The position numbers and the translations under genes were made by a program. Shown here in pieces: positions 28,017-41,830 of a stretch of 64,000 nt of DNA (positions are counted from its first letter, which is position 1; every line of letters starts with the position of its first letter). The DNA is from Octopus sinensis. Lineage: Eukaryota. The notes beneath the pieces were generated by a model. That model searched no databases. It worked only from the letters and a program-made list of their open reading frames with translations, and had not been told where the DNA came from. Where the stretch lies: NCBI RefSeq assembly GCF_006345805.1, contig NC_043008.1:39308001-39372000 (forward strand). Direction: 5' to 3'.

Positions 28017-28398
28017 GATCTGATTGTACCATGTTTTGTATCCGTAAATCAAATCTCGGATCTTTTTCCGGAACTGCAAACTGCCGGTGGACGATTCGAT
28101 GCTGCTACATATCACACGTGTCTACAACAATTAAATACTTTGATTTTTGTTATTTCTTAAAACATGTCAGAATATGGGAGGTGTACAGTCAGAAAGAGCC
28201 GTAAACTGATCCGATTGTGCCATGTTTTTTTATCCGTAAATCAAATCTCGATCTTTTTCCGGAACTGCAAACAGCCGGTGGACGATTCGATGCTGCTGCA
28301 TGTCACACGTGTCTACGACAATTAAATACTTTGATTTTTGTTATTTCTTCAAACATGTCAGAATATGGGAGGTGTACAGGCAGAAAGAGCCTTAAAGT
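28017..28398. repeat. Tandem duplication of a 191-bp unique unit (2 copies)
   Basis: gatc at 28017 and 28208; gaaagagcc ends at 28200 and 28391. Only a few substitutions separate the copies. Confidence 0.95.
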
Positions 28399-28779
28399 TC
28401 AACTCTCCCCCTTCAGTATCTGAATGATGTCTTCGTCTTGACTTTCCGGTGTATTTACTTTTCAACTTAAGGGGTCATCACAGAGAGGCACTGAAATCTG
28501 TGCAAAATGGTTGTCAAACACTCTAGCGAATGGAAAGTCAATGCATGTGTAACGACTTAGTGTGAATATCTTCTCTGGACCTTTTGGGGGTGCGAGAAGC
28601 AATCACTATCCGTTGCATTTATAATCCAGATTCTCTACCAGTCAGAAACAACAAGACGCAGACGTAAATAATATATATCTACTTTATTCTCTTATGTGGT
28701 AACAGATAATTGGTGTATCTGGCATCCCTTTGGTATAGATGTGTCTCAGCTGAACCTTATCGCTGTAAAATAAGAAAGT

Positions 28780-29060
28780 GTTCAAATGCAAAACGACACT
28801 TGTCAAAGATGGCGTCCGGAGAAAGGAAGATGATGTAGTCTGCAACAATTTGGTTAAAAGCTTTCGGCCGACTGCTATCAAAAGTGGACAGCGAGAATAT
28901 ACGTGTTGTACCTTCGATAGCCATGTCTGAAGTCGCTGCTGACTGCTGCTAGTGGTCAAACGTCCTACGATCCCATTGCCTCGGCTAACTGCCACGTAGG
29001 CAAATGGTCCTTCTTCCGGGGCTTCGCGCATGCGCCGCTGTATAGCGTCACTACACATGC
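28780..29060. promoter_or_regulatory. CpG-rich, promoter-like segment
   Basis: Local CpG enrichment with NRF1-type GCGCATGCGC (29026-29035), ETS-type CTTCCGG (29013-29019) and YY1-type AAGATGGCG (28806-28814). Confidence 0.35.
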
Positions 29061-29067
29061 AAGCATA

Positions 29068-29300
29068 TACAGGGTGCGCCTAAATTACGCAAAAATGAAA
29101 ATAATGCTGACATCTCATTATTTGCGAGTTAACTCTTTTCCCAGATCTTTGTATTGAGAAACTTTCTCCGTTTCTTTTAGAGAAACATTGTCATCACTTG
29201 GTGTCGAGGCATCGGTTAGAAAGCATTGGCTTCAACCACGGCTTCCAGACGAATTTCGGAGTCTCCTACAACTCTTGTGGACGGTTTCCTTGTTTAAGTT
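29068..29300 (-). mobile_element. 3' end of a Tc1/mariner-superfamily (maT/DD37D-like) transposon
   Basis: Minus strand NLNKETVHKSCRR / IRLEAVVEAN (frameshifted) matches the C-terminal CRRFRSRLEAVVEANG motif. It ends in TA|CAGGGTG. Confidence 0.7.
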
Positions 29301-29329
29301 GTGTGTGCGTGTGCGTGTGTGTGTGTATG

Positions 29330-29361
<32 letters not shown>

Positions 29362-30066
29362 GTGTGTGTATGTGTGTGTGTTTGTGTGTGAGTGTGTGTG
29401 TGTGTGTGCGTGCGTGTATGTAGGTAAACACTACCAAAACTGATATCTGGCAATACTGGTTATCCATTATACACAGAAATGCGATTTAATCAGAGCCGGA
29501 ATCATCATTTCTGTTGATATTTCGGATTGCATGATATTATGATATTATCTTGATATTATTGTGTTTCGATTCCACTCCGAAGGTAATCCACGCAGCTCTC
29601 AGGAAATTTCCCTGTAATCACTCAATGCCATGGACACTCCAGAGGTATTTCACTTCTTCATGCTTTATATTTTCTATAAATGTTTTAACGTTTGCAGTCA
29701 TTCTGATTGCGCACAACTCTTTCGTAAACCACTTATTCTTGTTCTATTTCCTCTTTGTCTCTCATCGTAGGAAAAACCTGTCGTTCTTCAACATCTGCCT
29801 TGGCTAGTCTCATTTGCTTCTGTAGTGATTCTTTGAATATCGAATCATGAGTATCCAACCTCAGTGGATTATTTTTCTTTCACCCACTTTCTCCTTTTCT
29901 TCCTTCCTTCCTCCTCCTCCTCCTCCTCCTCCTCTTCCTCCTCCTCTCCTTCCATATCGCTTCCCGATAAGGTTTGACATTATCTTGTAACAAGGACGTC
30001 CCCTACTGTTTAACTGTTTAATTGGGTGTCTCATCCAATAACGAAATGAAAGGAGTGCTGGAGTCA

Positions 30067-30453
30067 TCTCTCTCTATATAAACGGCAGATTGTCTGTGTG
30101 TGTTTCTGTGTGTCTGTTTGGTTGTACCCTCACTCTGACCACGGCTTTCAACTGATTCTGATGAAACTTGACACACACATAGCCCAATGTCATAATTCAA
30201 AACTAACGCAGCGAAAATTTTGAAAAGTTCCCCCAGTTCTGAAAAAGATCGATAAATTCGACATGGGGTCGACAATCAGAAACACAAACCACAGATGGTC
30301 TAGGGGACGCAACTCGACCTTTTTAACTATCAAAAAAAAATTACCATAATTTTTTTTCCCATTTTGTTTTGCTATTTTTTGGCTATAACTCTCTAAAAAT
30401 GCTTTATAGTTATTTCCCTTACAAACCCGAGCAACGCCGGGCGATACTGCTAG
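30067..30453 (+). mobile_element. Non-autonomous Helitron
   Basis: 5' A|TCTCTCTCTATATAAAC, 3' hairpin cccgagcaacgccggg then CTAG|T. Inserted between A and T with no TSD. Confidence 0.9.
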
Positions 30454-31173
30454 TTAGATTTAAAAGTGACTGATACAAAATTAGAAATTTTGATTTTGCT
30501 TATCGGCAGCCCATCATTTTCCAGCTGGAAATACTTTATAATATATAAATTTATATATCATTCAATTGAATTAAATTGAAAAGAAAATAAGTTGGGAATA
30601 ACAATAGGTAATGAAGTACCAACGTCAACAAATCCTAAATGAATGTATGTCTTCGCAGTTTAAAGAAAAAACCCTTTCAGAGATTTCTTTTGTTAAGGTG
30701 ACATCTTTCATGAACACTTCAAAATTTCCTTGATTTTTTCCACCGGCTTTCAGCAGAATACGGCTGAATATGATTACCAGTTACCGAAAAAACACTGAAA
30801 TTCAGTTTTCATATGACTTTGTAAAAAACAAAAACTCAATTTTTATGGTTCAAACATTTACATAAGGATTGTTAATGGCTGGCTGTACGTGAAAGTATAG
30901 GAAAGAATGGAAGCCTGTATATAATGAAAAAAGAAAGAACGTTTCAAAAATTGGTTGATGAGAACAGAAAAGAAAGCTATATTTATATTCGCTATCTTTT
31001 GAATTTCAGGGATACATACAAAAATTGAAGATTATTGAAACCAAATAAATATTTATTAAATTTATTTCAGATTAGAAATAGGTAATAGAGCTCGCAATTC
31101 GGCGAATCATATTTTATCATGCTACATAATCTCCATTGTTTAGTGATGAAAATAAAGCAAGATAAACATTATG

Positions 31174-32633
31174 TATAAATATTTGCTGAACATTTGATAG
31201 GCTGACCAAAATAGTCTCAAGAAACGTGAACAAAAGAAGCGAAATTTTCAACATAGCCTACTTTGCAGTCCGCACACTTCTTTTATCGGTATTGCAGTAC
31301 ATGAATACCATTGGTGACGAAGCTTTCATCCTGCTTGTCAAAAATTCATCAAAGGACAGATGTGATATCATCGTCATTATGATACTATTTCCCAGCAAAG
31401 TGTTTTATTATGTTGAGGCTAAATCAGGAGAACAGGGAAGCTGATCAACCAGTTCAAATCCAAACTCACACACAGCGACCATTGAGACGAAGGATATGTG
31501 TTATAGTATTGTCCGGCTGAAAACAGACCCTTTTCATAAGTTTTTCTGGGTGTTTGGTCTTGATAGCCTTCCATAACTGCCTCAGCAAGTTGACATAGTA
31601 CTTGCCATTGAAGGTGAGGCACTTGTGAATATAGTCGATAAAAAAAATGCCCTTTTCATTCCCGAAAAACTGAGGCCATCATCTTCCCAGCAAATCAAAA
31701 TCCTTGGCCTAATTTGGAGCAGGTTAGGAAGAATGTTTCCACTGTAGGATTGCCTTATTTTATCTGTGTCATAAGTGGTGAAACCAAAACTCATCCTGGC
31801 TTAAGAAATATTCAAGAAAATCAGGTGGATCTGCTAGAAACAATGTCAGATTTTCTCATGATGTGATCAGCCTGGTGCGCTTTTGAACAAAAGTGCGAGG
31901 AGACGTGGCACCCACCGAGCATAAAACCTTCGACATGCCAAGTTATTTTCAAATCTCGCACGAGATATAATAATAGCATTAGCTGTATGATTTATAGTCA
32001 ACCGCCTGTCAATCATCGCTTGGTGTTGCACACGATCAACGTTTTCTTTGGATGTGGCAATTACAGGACTTCCAGACCTTGGGTCATCTGTAAGACTTTC
32101 CTTTCCACTCCTAAATTCAGCTGCCAAATTTTGCCTTGTTTGATAAATCTGGAGAGTCATCCCCTAATGTAGCAACCATGTCAGCATGAATATCCTTGGG
32201 GACATTATAACCCTCTTCCTGCAGGTATTTGATGACCGTTTTTCTGCAGATATTTGATAACCATTTTTCTGCAGGAACTTGAAAACTCTTTTTCTGCAGG
32301 TACTTGACAATTCTTTTCCCGCAGGTACTTGATAACCCTTTTTCTGCAGGTGCTTAATGACCCTTTTCTGCAGGTACTTGATGACCATTTTTCTGCTGGT
32401 ACTTGATAACCCTTTTTCTACAGGTACTTGATAACTCCTGTCTGCAGATATTTGATAACATCACGATGGGGATTTTCTATTTTTAAAAGATTATTTTCAA
32501 TAATTTCAGAAGTCTTTCAACAATCAGATATCACTTTATTTGGAAAGAAAAAAAATGCAGTTATAAGTACAGAGATCTCACAGCTCTAGTATCAAACTTT
32601 CTTAGTTTATCAACTTTTCAGCCCACCCTCGTA
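31174..32633 (-). mobile_element. Near-full-length decayed mariner transposon
   Basis: 5' TIR tacgagggtgggctgaaaagtt at 32633; the other end is degenerate at about 31174. Disrupted transposase includes VIKYLQKK, HADMVATLGDD, EFRSGKESLTDDPRSG, RWVPRLL, IDY..K.LTFNGKYYVNLLRQL and a YSPDL-like motif. Confidence 0.9.
32207..32454 (-). repeat. Minisatellite, 10 x 24-25 bp, derived from the transposase start
   Basis: Plus-strand consensus ataaccctttttctgcaggtacttg; minus strand gttatcaagtacctgcagaaaaagg encodes VIKYLQKK plus 1 nt. Confidence 0.95.
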
Positions 32634-32995
32634 TGTATGTAGGTACATATATATACATATGTTTGTATCTGTGTATTTGTGAGTATGTTTTTATGCATTC
32701 GTTATTAGCTGTGAGAGTGTTTGGCAGTATGTGTTTCTATATAATGCACACAGCTATCACGTACACTGCCTTTAGTTGAGCAAATCGATCTCAGGAATTA
32801 TTCGTTATAAGCCATGCGCACACACACATATATATATATACAAGAATGTATAATTGTATGTATATACACATTTATGGATGAACCAGCAGACTGTCATAAC
32901 CATGTGGTTGGTAATCACAGAGCCACCCCTGCGCCCATGTGTGTATGTATGTATGTATGTGTGTGTGTGTGTATGTATGCATGTATGTATGTATA

Positions 32996-33160
32996 GGCGC
33001 AGGAGTGGCTGTGTGGTAAGTAGCTTGCTAACCAATCACATGGTTCCAGGTTCAGTCCCACTGCGTGGCATCCTGGGCAAGTGTCTTCTGCTATAGCCCC
33101 GGGCCGACCAATGTCATGTGAGTGGATTTGGTAGACGGAAACTGAAAGAAGCCTGCCGTA

Positions 33161-33206
<46 letters not shown>

Positions 33207-33435
33207 TATATGTACGTATATGTTTGTGTGTCTGTGTTTGTCCCCCTAGCATTGCTTGACAACCGATGCTGGTGTGTTTACGTCCCCGTCACTTAGCGGT
33301 TCGGCAAAAGAGACCGATAGAATAAGTTCTGGGCTTCCAAAGAATAAGTCCCGGGGTCGATTTGCTCGACTACAGGCGGTGCTCCAGCATGGCCGCAGTC
33401 AAATGACTGAAACAAGTAAAAGAGTAAAAAAAGAG
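32996..33435 (+). mobile_element. SINE family A, young full-length copy (head-to-head with a head fragment at about 32880-32937)
   Basis: Near-identical to 5466-5872. Confidence 0.92.
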
Positions 33436-33687
33436 TATACATACGCTCGCATGCAACGAACGCTTTAATGTACAATTATTATAGGCCTACCACTCGTTCT
33501 AGGACTGAAGGCGGATAAAGCTACGAAAGAAAGAACTACAAGAGAGATAAGAAGAGAGAAAGAGAGAGAGAGAGATAGGGAAAGAGAATTAGAGAGTGAG
33601 AAGAAGAGTGAGATGGAAAGAGAGAAACTGAGAGCGAAAGAAAAACAGGCCCTAGTACGTTATTAGTGCCCTATTTTCGATTCTGAA

Positions 33688-33919
33688 GGCTGCGAGCTGG
33701 CAGAAACGTTAGCACGCCGGGCGAAATGCGTAGCCGTATTTCGTCTGCCCTTTACGTTCTGAGTTCAAATTCCGCCGAGGTCGACTTTGCCTTTCATCTT
33801 TTCGGGGTCGATAGATTAAGTACCAGTTACGTACTGGGGTCGATAGAATCTACTTTATCCGTTCGTCTGTCCTTGTTTGTCCCCTCTATGTTTAGCTCCT
33901 TGTGGGCAATAAAGAAATA
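33688..33919 (+). mobile_element. SINE family B with 16-bp target-site duplication
   Basis: tattttcgattctgaa at 33672-33687 and 33920-33935. Confidence 0.95.
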
Positions 33920-34566
33920 TATTTTCGATTCTGAAACTATAGAAAGTTGATCTCGGTGTTATTTTAATTCAGGGCGTAAAAATGCTGCTGTGATTACGAC
34001 GAAATCCACGCAACACATCAAATATAAGTCTCTCACGATGCGTTTGTGTTTTACGCACAAACTGAAATTTCTACATCAATAGGAAGATTTGGGAATATAC
34101 GAAATAGAATCTACTATCATATTTCTTTATTCCACCTCCGGTGCACCAGTTGGAAGTTAAATATTTATTTTTTTTTTGCTTACATCAGGATCTTCACGAA
34201 TCACAAGCCATGTGAGAAACTGCACCTTTCTCTAGAAACACAAATTCATGTTCATTGAAAAACAGAAACTCCAACAAAGTATGCTACGCACATAATCACA
34301 CGCGGCCTATTCCGTGACACATTATATTCACAAGAAACATATAAAAATTCACAGCCGTATCTACACATTTATTTTTACCTATGTGTGCATTATTTATGTA
34401 CATTAATTTTTCATAAATCATTGGTTATCTGTTAATGTATAGTTTTGCAGTATTACTGACAGTTCACGAATGCATCAATCATTTCCCTGCCTTGTCATGA
34501 CAATGTGTATCCGTTGAATTATTTTTTCATTGCGTCTCACCATGTTAACCACAATGTGCTTTTACA

Positions 34567-34853
<287 letters not shown>

Positions 34854-35111
34854 CAGTAAACTTGTACATATACTTTCTAAACAGTAACCTCTGTTGGGAG
34901 TAAGAAAATAGTTTTCTGTTGTTTTATGATCATTCTTCTTGAGTTATCGCCCCTAACGCTTGAGAGTTGCTGACAATTACTGCAAAGTTTCATTTTTCAT
35001 ATGAATGACATATTTCAAATTAAGTTACAATCTTTTTTGTGTATGTTACTTATTATATGCATTCCTACAGGAATGGTCTCCATCAATGATGTTATCTAAT
35101 CTTATTTTGAT

Positions 35112-35513
35112 CGTTCTGGCTGTAGAGTAAGAAGCTTGTTCCCAGCCACATGGTTCCAAGTTCAATGCCTCTGCATGGCACTTTGGTGTTAGTGTCTTCC
35201 AGTATAGACACGCCTTGTGTGTGGATTTGGTAGATGGAAACTGAGAGAAGCCCGCCGTATATGTTTATATGTGTGTGTGTGTGTGTGTCTTTGTGTCTGT
35301 GTTTGTCCCCCATCATCACTTGACAACCAATGATGGTGCTTATTCGTCCCCGAAACTTAGCGGTTCGGCAAAGGTGGCCAATAGAATAAATAGTAGCCTT
35401 ACAATAGAACGAACAAGCCCTGGAGTCTATTTGTTCAACTGAATAACCCTTTGAGGCGGTGCTCCAGTATGACCGCAGTCAAATGGCTGAAACAAGTAAA
35501 AGAATAAAAGAAT
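35112..35513 (+). mobile_element. SINE family A, intermediate-age copy
   Basis: Head ggctgtagagtaagaagcttg through tail gaaacaagtaaaagaataaaaga. Confidence 0.85.
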
Positions 35514-35984
35514 TTCTCTCCACTAAATAAGATATCACAGAGGTCTCTACGCTTGATTGGTTCCAATAAAACTAGTATCACCCTGTTGCTATATCCTAGT
35601 TGCATAGAGGAAAATAGATTTTACTGAAACGGATGAATATTTAGTGGTCGGCAGTAAATAAAAAAATAAAAAAATTAAGGAAATTCTGAATTTCCAAATG
35701 TATTTCCCTCTTTTCATTACACTCATTTACAATTGCTTTTTCGTTTTCGCTTGTATCTTTTCTAACGAAATATCACTTTGCAAGTCGTTACAAATATTCG
35801 TTTATGCCATTCAGTTTACTACTAGCCCCACAATCAACGACATCCACTGAAATACAGAGATGCGCGCGCACACACACACACATACACACACACCCACACA
35901 CCATACACAGGTAATAAAACACTGCCATTTATTCAATTTCATGTTATCATTCATCTTTGTCATACGTTTGTTTTTTGATTTGTC

Positions 35985-36240
35985 GTTTTATGTCCCCACA
36001 TTTGATGTGTTGTCCCCTCTATGTTGGTGGGCAATAAAGAACCAAGAAAAGCTAGCACGCCGGGCGGAATGCTTAGTAGTATTTCGTCTGTCTTTACGCT
36101 CCGACTTCAAATTGCGTCGAGGTCGACTTTACCTTTCATCCTTTCGGGGTCGATTAATAAAGTACCAATTGAGTACTGGGGGCGATGTAATCGATTTGTC
36201 CCCTCCTCAAAAATTTCAGTCCTTGTGCCTAGAGTAGGAA
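35985..36240 (+). mobile_element. SINE family B: tail fragment followed by a 5'-truncated copy
   Basis: gggcaataaagaa then gctagcacgccgggcggaatgc...ccttgtgcctagagtag. Confidence 0.8.
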
Positions 36241-37698
36241 AGAATGTAAGAATGTGTACTGGCATGTAAACTAAAACATATGTTAACGGTATGATTAGGA
36301 TGTGAAAGATGTCGAAATTAAAGATGTAGCATGAATGAGGACAATACATCATAGAAATAAATGTGTGAAAAACAATTGGATCGTTTCTAAAAGATGGACA
36401 GACTTTGTACTTAACTAAATAATTTGAAACTTCGTATACTGGTAGAATGTGTCAAAAGAAAACATTAATTTCAACTAGATTTTTTGAGAAAATTGTATTT
36501 TGTAACTTTTACGTAGTTTAATTCTTCGAATTTTAACCAATGAAATCCCAGCATTTGACCTAAATTAATTTGCTGCGTCTAAGTAAACAGCACACACATA
36601 CACACGCACACGTGTTATTCATCCATCACGTCTGTCTACTGCAGGTGCTAGAAATTACAGCTATATCTCTTAAATCGATGAATTTCGTCGCCCAATAAAT
36701 ATATTAACGATATGTTTTGAACTTTTAAAACATGTTCGTATTCGTTCCGCTTTCGCAGGACATCAATTTTTTTTTACGGTTTCCACGCATTGTCTTGTTA
36801 TTTCCTATAAAATCATGCCTAACGCACCACTTACATACTTCACACGCACACATACACAACAAAAGCAAACACAAAGATCCGAACAATTAGTTATGAAGAT
36901 GACCATTTACTTAGTTGATCATAACGTCGTTATAATATAAAATATGAACGACGGCATCACGCTGTTTGTGTATACACATGTTGATAGTTTGTTGTTGTAA
37001 AATACATTTTGGTTCCATGGATTCTTAGCATGCGATAGTTAGCTTCATTGTCTGCTGATACAGGGGAAGAAAAGACGAGAATTGTGTAGTCAAACAAAGC
37101 GTATAAACAATGTGCTTTCTGTCTCTTTTCAATTCGGCCCAGATGCTAGTTGGTCTGAAGACAGATATCAAAGAGGTTCAAAGATTTTGTTGGGTACATG
37201 TAAAGTTTGGCTACTGAAGTAGGTCAATCTTAAAACAAAGCATTGACCTTTCCACGACCGTAGAAGCTGTCAGTGGTCAATTCAACCTCATTAATTTCTG
37301 AGTGAAGCGAGGAGAAACCAAAAGTCAAGAAATACATTTCACAATCAACGAAAATGTGGATTCGGTTTCGAATCTTCTCAGCTGCTGTGGCTGGTCCCTA
37401 AATATATAATTGTGAATATGTACACAAATATAAAACAAGTATAGATATATTTCAGCTTCTCCGAGCCACATAAATGTTTTTGCATGAAAATTAGGAAGTC
37501 CTTTCAAAACTATGATATACACAATATTTCAGTCAAGCATCCTCTGTTAGATAGATAGATAGATACATACATACATACATACATACATACATACACATAC
37601 ACATATATATATATATATATCAACATACATACCTGTGCCAAATAATGCATGCACAATATATAAATACATACACACACATATATATATACTATACATAC

Positions 37699-37781
<83 letters not shown>

Positions 37782-38836
37782 CATACATATGAAGTGAGAA
37801 AGAGAGGGAGAGAAAGTTTTACAAGAATCTGCAATGAGCTGATAAGTATAAAAAATCTATTGAAGAATGTCTTGTTATAACACGACTCGCACTAGACGAG
37901 CTCTTTGTTCTGTGCTTGTTGTGCTATGAACGAAAGATTAAATTTACCGAAAAAAGAAGCGACTTATCCGAGTAATCTAATATGGGAGGATGTGATTTGA
38001 AAATGTCTAATTTAGGTTGTAAAAAGTTTTACTCTCAAAATAACAATTCAGAAGAACACATCCACAGTAAATAGTCTTAATATAACATTCATCTGGAAAA
38101 TACCACTCTTGCAGAAAACCAGTTGTTTCGATACCAAAGCATACAGTTAAACTATCTTTCCTTAATCTTTGAGAACATAGTGAATAAGAAATGCCAGAAA
38201 ATCTTCTAGGAAGATAACGTCGAGGAAATGTATTCGACAAATAGCATTTATTATACATTGAAGCCTTCGATGTGATTGTTTCAAAGAAAGATTACAGTAC
38301 ATACATACAACGACGGATATTAACAATAAACAAATATCCAGTTGAAGAGATATCGCTTGTTTTGACTCGCTCTTTATCTTAAATTTGAGAAGAAACGATG
38401 TGTAAGCATTTCTGTCATTACTCCCCTAACACTTCCCAGCCGAACATAGATGTTTCAAACTATTCAAAAGAAATAGTATGAAAGTTAGACGCAGTTGCAC
38501 AAAAATGTATAAACAGTGTCATAATAACCCTTCACAAGAATATATGAAGAAATATACCTAACACCGAAATTCAAGGCAACTTTTGCGAACCAAGACGGTG
38601 TGCATTGAATGGAACCTACGTAAAAGCTTGATTTACAAAGTACACATTCTGGTGAGAAGGACAGTTTCAGAGAAAAAAAGAAAAGCGCGATCAACAAAAT
38701 CTTTCGGGAAAGTTAATCGCAGCATATTGCTACTATCAGAAAAATAAATGCTGCATAACAAAAATTAAAAGATAAGTAACTTCTGCTTTACGTTAAAGCC
38801 AAAAAAATTGTAGTAAGCTTATCACATTATATAATA

Positions 38837-39248
38837 CAAGCAAAACGCCCTCCTTCCAATGGACGTTGCTGAGGGGGTCAAACATTTAAACCAAATTTTC
38901 TCAAAACAATTTGTCCGACCGTCCCATAGGGCTCCCCTTTGAGAAACACTGATTTAACCTAAATTTGAAACACCAAACAGGCCGGCTTTTTTGCGCAAAT
39001 TGCACGTGCATTTTTCTCGCGTACGCGTAGTATCGATCGCAACAGCTGATGTACTTGCACGTACAAATGCACGTTTCCACGGCTTTATCGACTGCATTCT
39101 CACCTGGAATCAAATTTTGTAATTTTTACAAGATTTATACACGCCCTGTTGACATCTACATATCAAATTTGAGCGCAATCGGATGGAGGATGCCCGAGAT
39201 CCTAGAAGACACACACATAGACAGACAGAACGGATTTTATATAACAGA
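38837..39248 (-). mobile_element. Non-autonomous Helitron (second family, degenerate 3' end)
   Basis: Minus strand A|TCTGTTATATAAAATCCG with (ctgt) microsatellite. 3' hairpin gcaacgtcc/gggcgttttgc followed by CTTG|T. Confidence 0.6.
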
Positions 39249-40434
39249 TATTTCAGAACATGTCACCAAAAGATTGTTGAAAAATATAGCATAATTACAA
39301 AAACATACACAACACGCTAAAGGGGGAAAACGGTATAAAATTATATTAATCCTCCACCAAGAACGGCATGAATATTGGAATCGAGAGCAGAGAAGCGCCA
39401 ACCTAAGATTAGAAATACCTCTTTGATGAAAAACATTAAGCATAAAAGCGTACTCCAACCATAAACGTTTATAATCATTTGGAATACATACATGCGCACT
39501 TGTACATACAAACATCATAAAAGAATCGAAGTTAAAAGAGCCAATTCAAGCCATGTACTCAAAACGTTACACACACTGGCGCACATACATGAATACATCT
39601 ATCTATACATGTAGAACCAGCACTAAAGTGACTTCCTTTGACAAAGAAGATAGAAAAACAACAACAACAACAAACAGGATGCATGACCAATGAATCGGAA
39701 AACAAGCCTTTACAGCTACGAAAGTCAATCAACAAGTGGAACATAATGAATTTGATAAACAGTAAATGTGCTCAACAAACCGAAGATAAAAGCACTCTTA
39801 TAATTTCATAAAATAAAAGAAAAGTGAATTAGAAAAAAAAACAAAACAAAAACAAAACAAGAAATACACCCAACGAACCGGGAAATAATTCTGCAGGCAA
39901 CAAATGTTTCTGACGAATTAGCTGACAAAAATGAAAGCAGCAAAGCATAAAAAAAAACAGAACAAAAGTAGTGTAAGGAATCATCAGACTGAAGGAAACC
40001 CTAAATAATTTCTGCTGGTAAAAGAGAATAAAATAACATAACAAAACGACATTAGAAAAGCAACCAGCGAAACAAAGAGCCAGAGACAAACGTACAAATA
40101 GACGAATTAATACAGTGAAGTGCAAACCAACCAATGGTTAAGAAAAAAAGAAAAACGCGGAACGAATTAACAATTGAAGGGCGAGCGATATCAATGAGCA
40201 AGAATTTCAATTAATTAGTGTTTCTCGCCTGTCATCTTGATAGTTTCATGAGTCACGAAAGGGAATTCAATTTAAAATTTATATATATATATATATATAT
40301 ATACTAAGTAATTAAGAGTTCAGCAACGATTTGCCTCACCACACACCGAATTTAGAAATAGCAGTTAAAAAGTTTTGGCTATTCTTTCTACTTAAAAGGG
40401 AGATCCCAGTAAAACCAAAGGACTTATATTGATA

Positions 40435-40487
<53 letters not shown>

Positions 40488-41536
40488 GGGCACCAATGCA
40501 CGCATATATTTGTTTTTGCATGGATATGCATTGATACTCTTTTGGGTGCGTAGGAGTAGAGTTTATTCAATATGTGTAGTAGTGTTTCGATGATCGCAGA
40601 AAAAAAGGTCTGATAATTCACTCTCTGGATGCTTAGCGTTGTTTTCTTCAAGGGAGTGCTTAGTAATTTCACAATGTGAGAAAGTAGGCGAAGCAATCGA
40701 GTGATACCATAACACACACACACACACACGTGTGTGTATGTGTGCATATCTATGTGTATTTATATATGTGTGTGTGTGCATATATGTATGTGTATGTATG
40801 TATGTATATATGTGTGTATGTATATGTATGTGTGTATGTATGTATATATGAATGTATGTGTGTGTATGTTTGTATGTATGTATGTATGTGTATATGTATG
40901 TATGTGTGTGTGTATATATATGCATGTGTGCGTATATATGTATGTGTATGTGTGTATGTATGCATGTATGTGTGTATATATGCCTGTATGTGTGCATATG
41001 TGCATGTGTGTGAATATATGTATGTGTGCATATGTATGTATGTGTATATGTGTGTGTATATGTATGTATACGTGTGTATGTATGCATATATGTGTGTATG
41101 TGAATATGGACAGTATTTCTTTTAATCATGTAGCAATGAAAACGGGACTAAAACTTTGACTTCGTATTAATCATTTATTCATCTTTTCCGCTGGCTCAGG
41201 CGTGTTCCTGTCGATTTTTTTTTAAACGTTCAGAAAGTTATCTTGTGGAAGGGGTTTTTATTTGTTGTTTAGCTGAAACTGTAACTATGATAAAGCTGAC
41301 CATCGATTAGTCTTCTGCCCATCACCATTCGAACATTCCAGCATTATACATGTCTTTATTACCAAATTGTATGCTTCCTTCTGTGCGTAGGTTTCTATTG
41401 AATACAACATAGCTCTTTTTTCTGCCAGGTCGATAAGCCAGGTAAAGTTTCTTTCACTTTAGCATCTTTAGTTAAAGGGATTTGCCGCGGCATGGGGTGA
41501 CCCCGCTTTATAATTTGCAAATGTAATTCAAGTGTG

Positions 41537-41830
41537 TGGCGGCGCAATGGCCCAGCGGCTGGGGCAACGGACTCGCGGTTTCGATTTCCAGACCGGGCGT
41601 TGTGTGTGTTTATTGAGCGAAAACACCTAAAAGCTCCACGACTCTCCGGCAGGGAGTGGTGGCAACCTCTGTTGTACTCTTTCGCCCCAACTTTCTCTCA
41701 CTCTCTCTTACTATTTCTTGCGTAACGCTACAGTGGACTGGCGTCCCGTCCAGCTGGGGCAACACATACGCCACAGAAACCGGGAAACCGGGCCCATGAG
41801 CCTGGCTAGACTTGAAAAGGGCGCAAAAGA
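41537..41830 (+). mobile_element. SINE family C
   Basis: tRNA-like head (tggcccagcgg...ggtttcgatttcc). Shares gactggcgtcccgtccag and gaaaccgggaaaccgggcccatgagcctgg with 58266 and 60934. Confidence 0.85.

Noticed and set aside
32207-32454. CRISPR-like appearance of the 25-bp array and of the 37-bp repeat at 61746-61924
   Set aside because: The first has no spacers and is transposase-derived. The second has only two units. The context is eukaryotic with no cas genes.
38640-38670. THSGEK resembling a C2H2 zinc-finger linker
   Set aside because: No flanking CxxC or HxxxH pattern.
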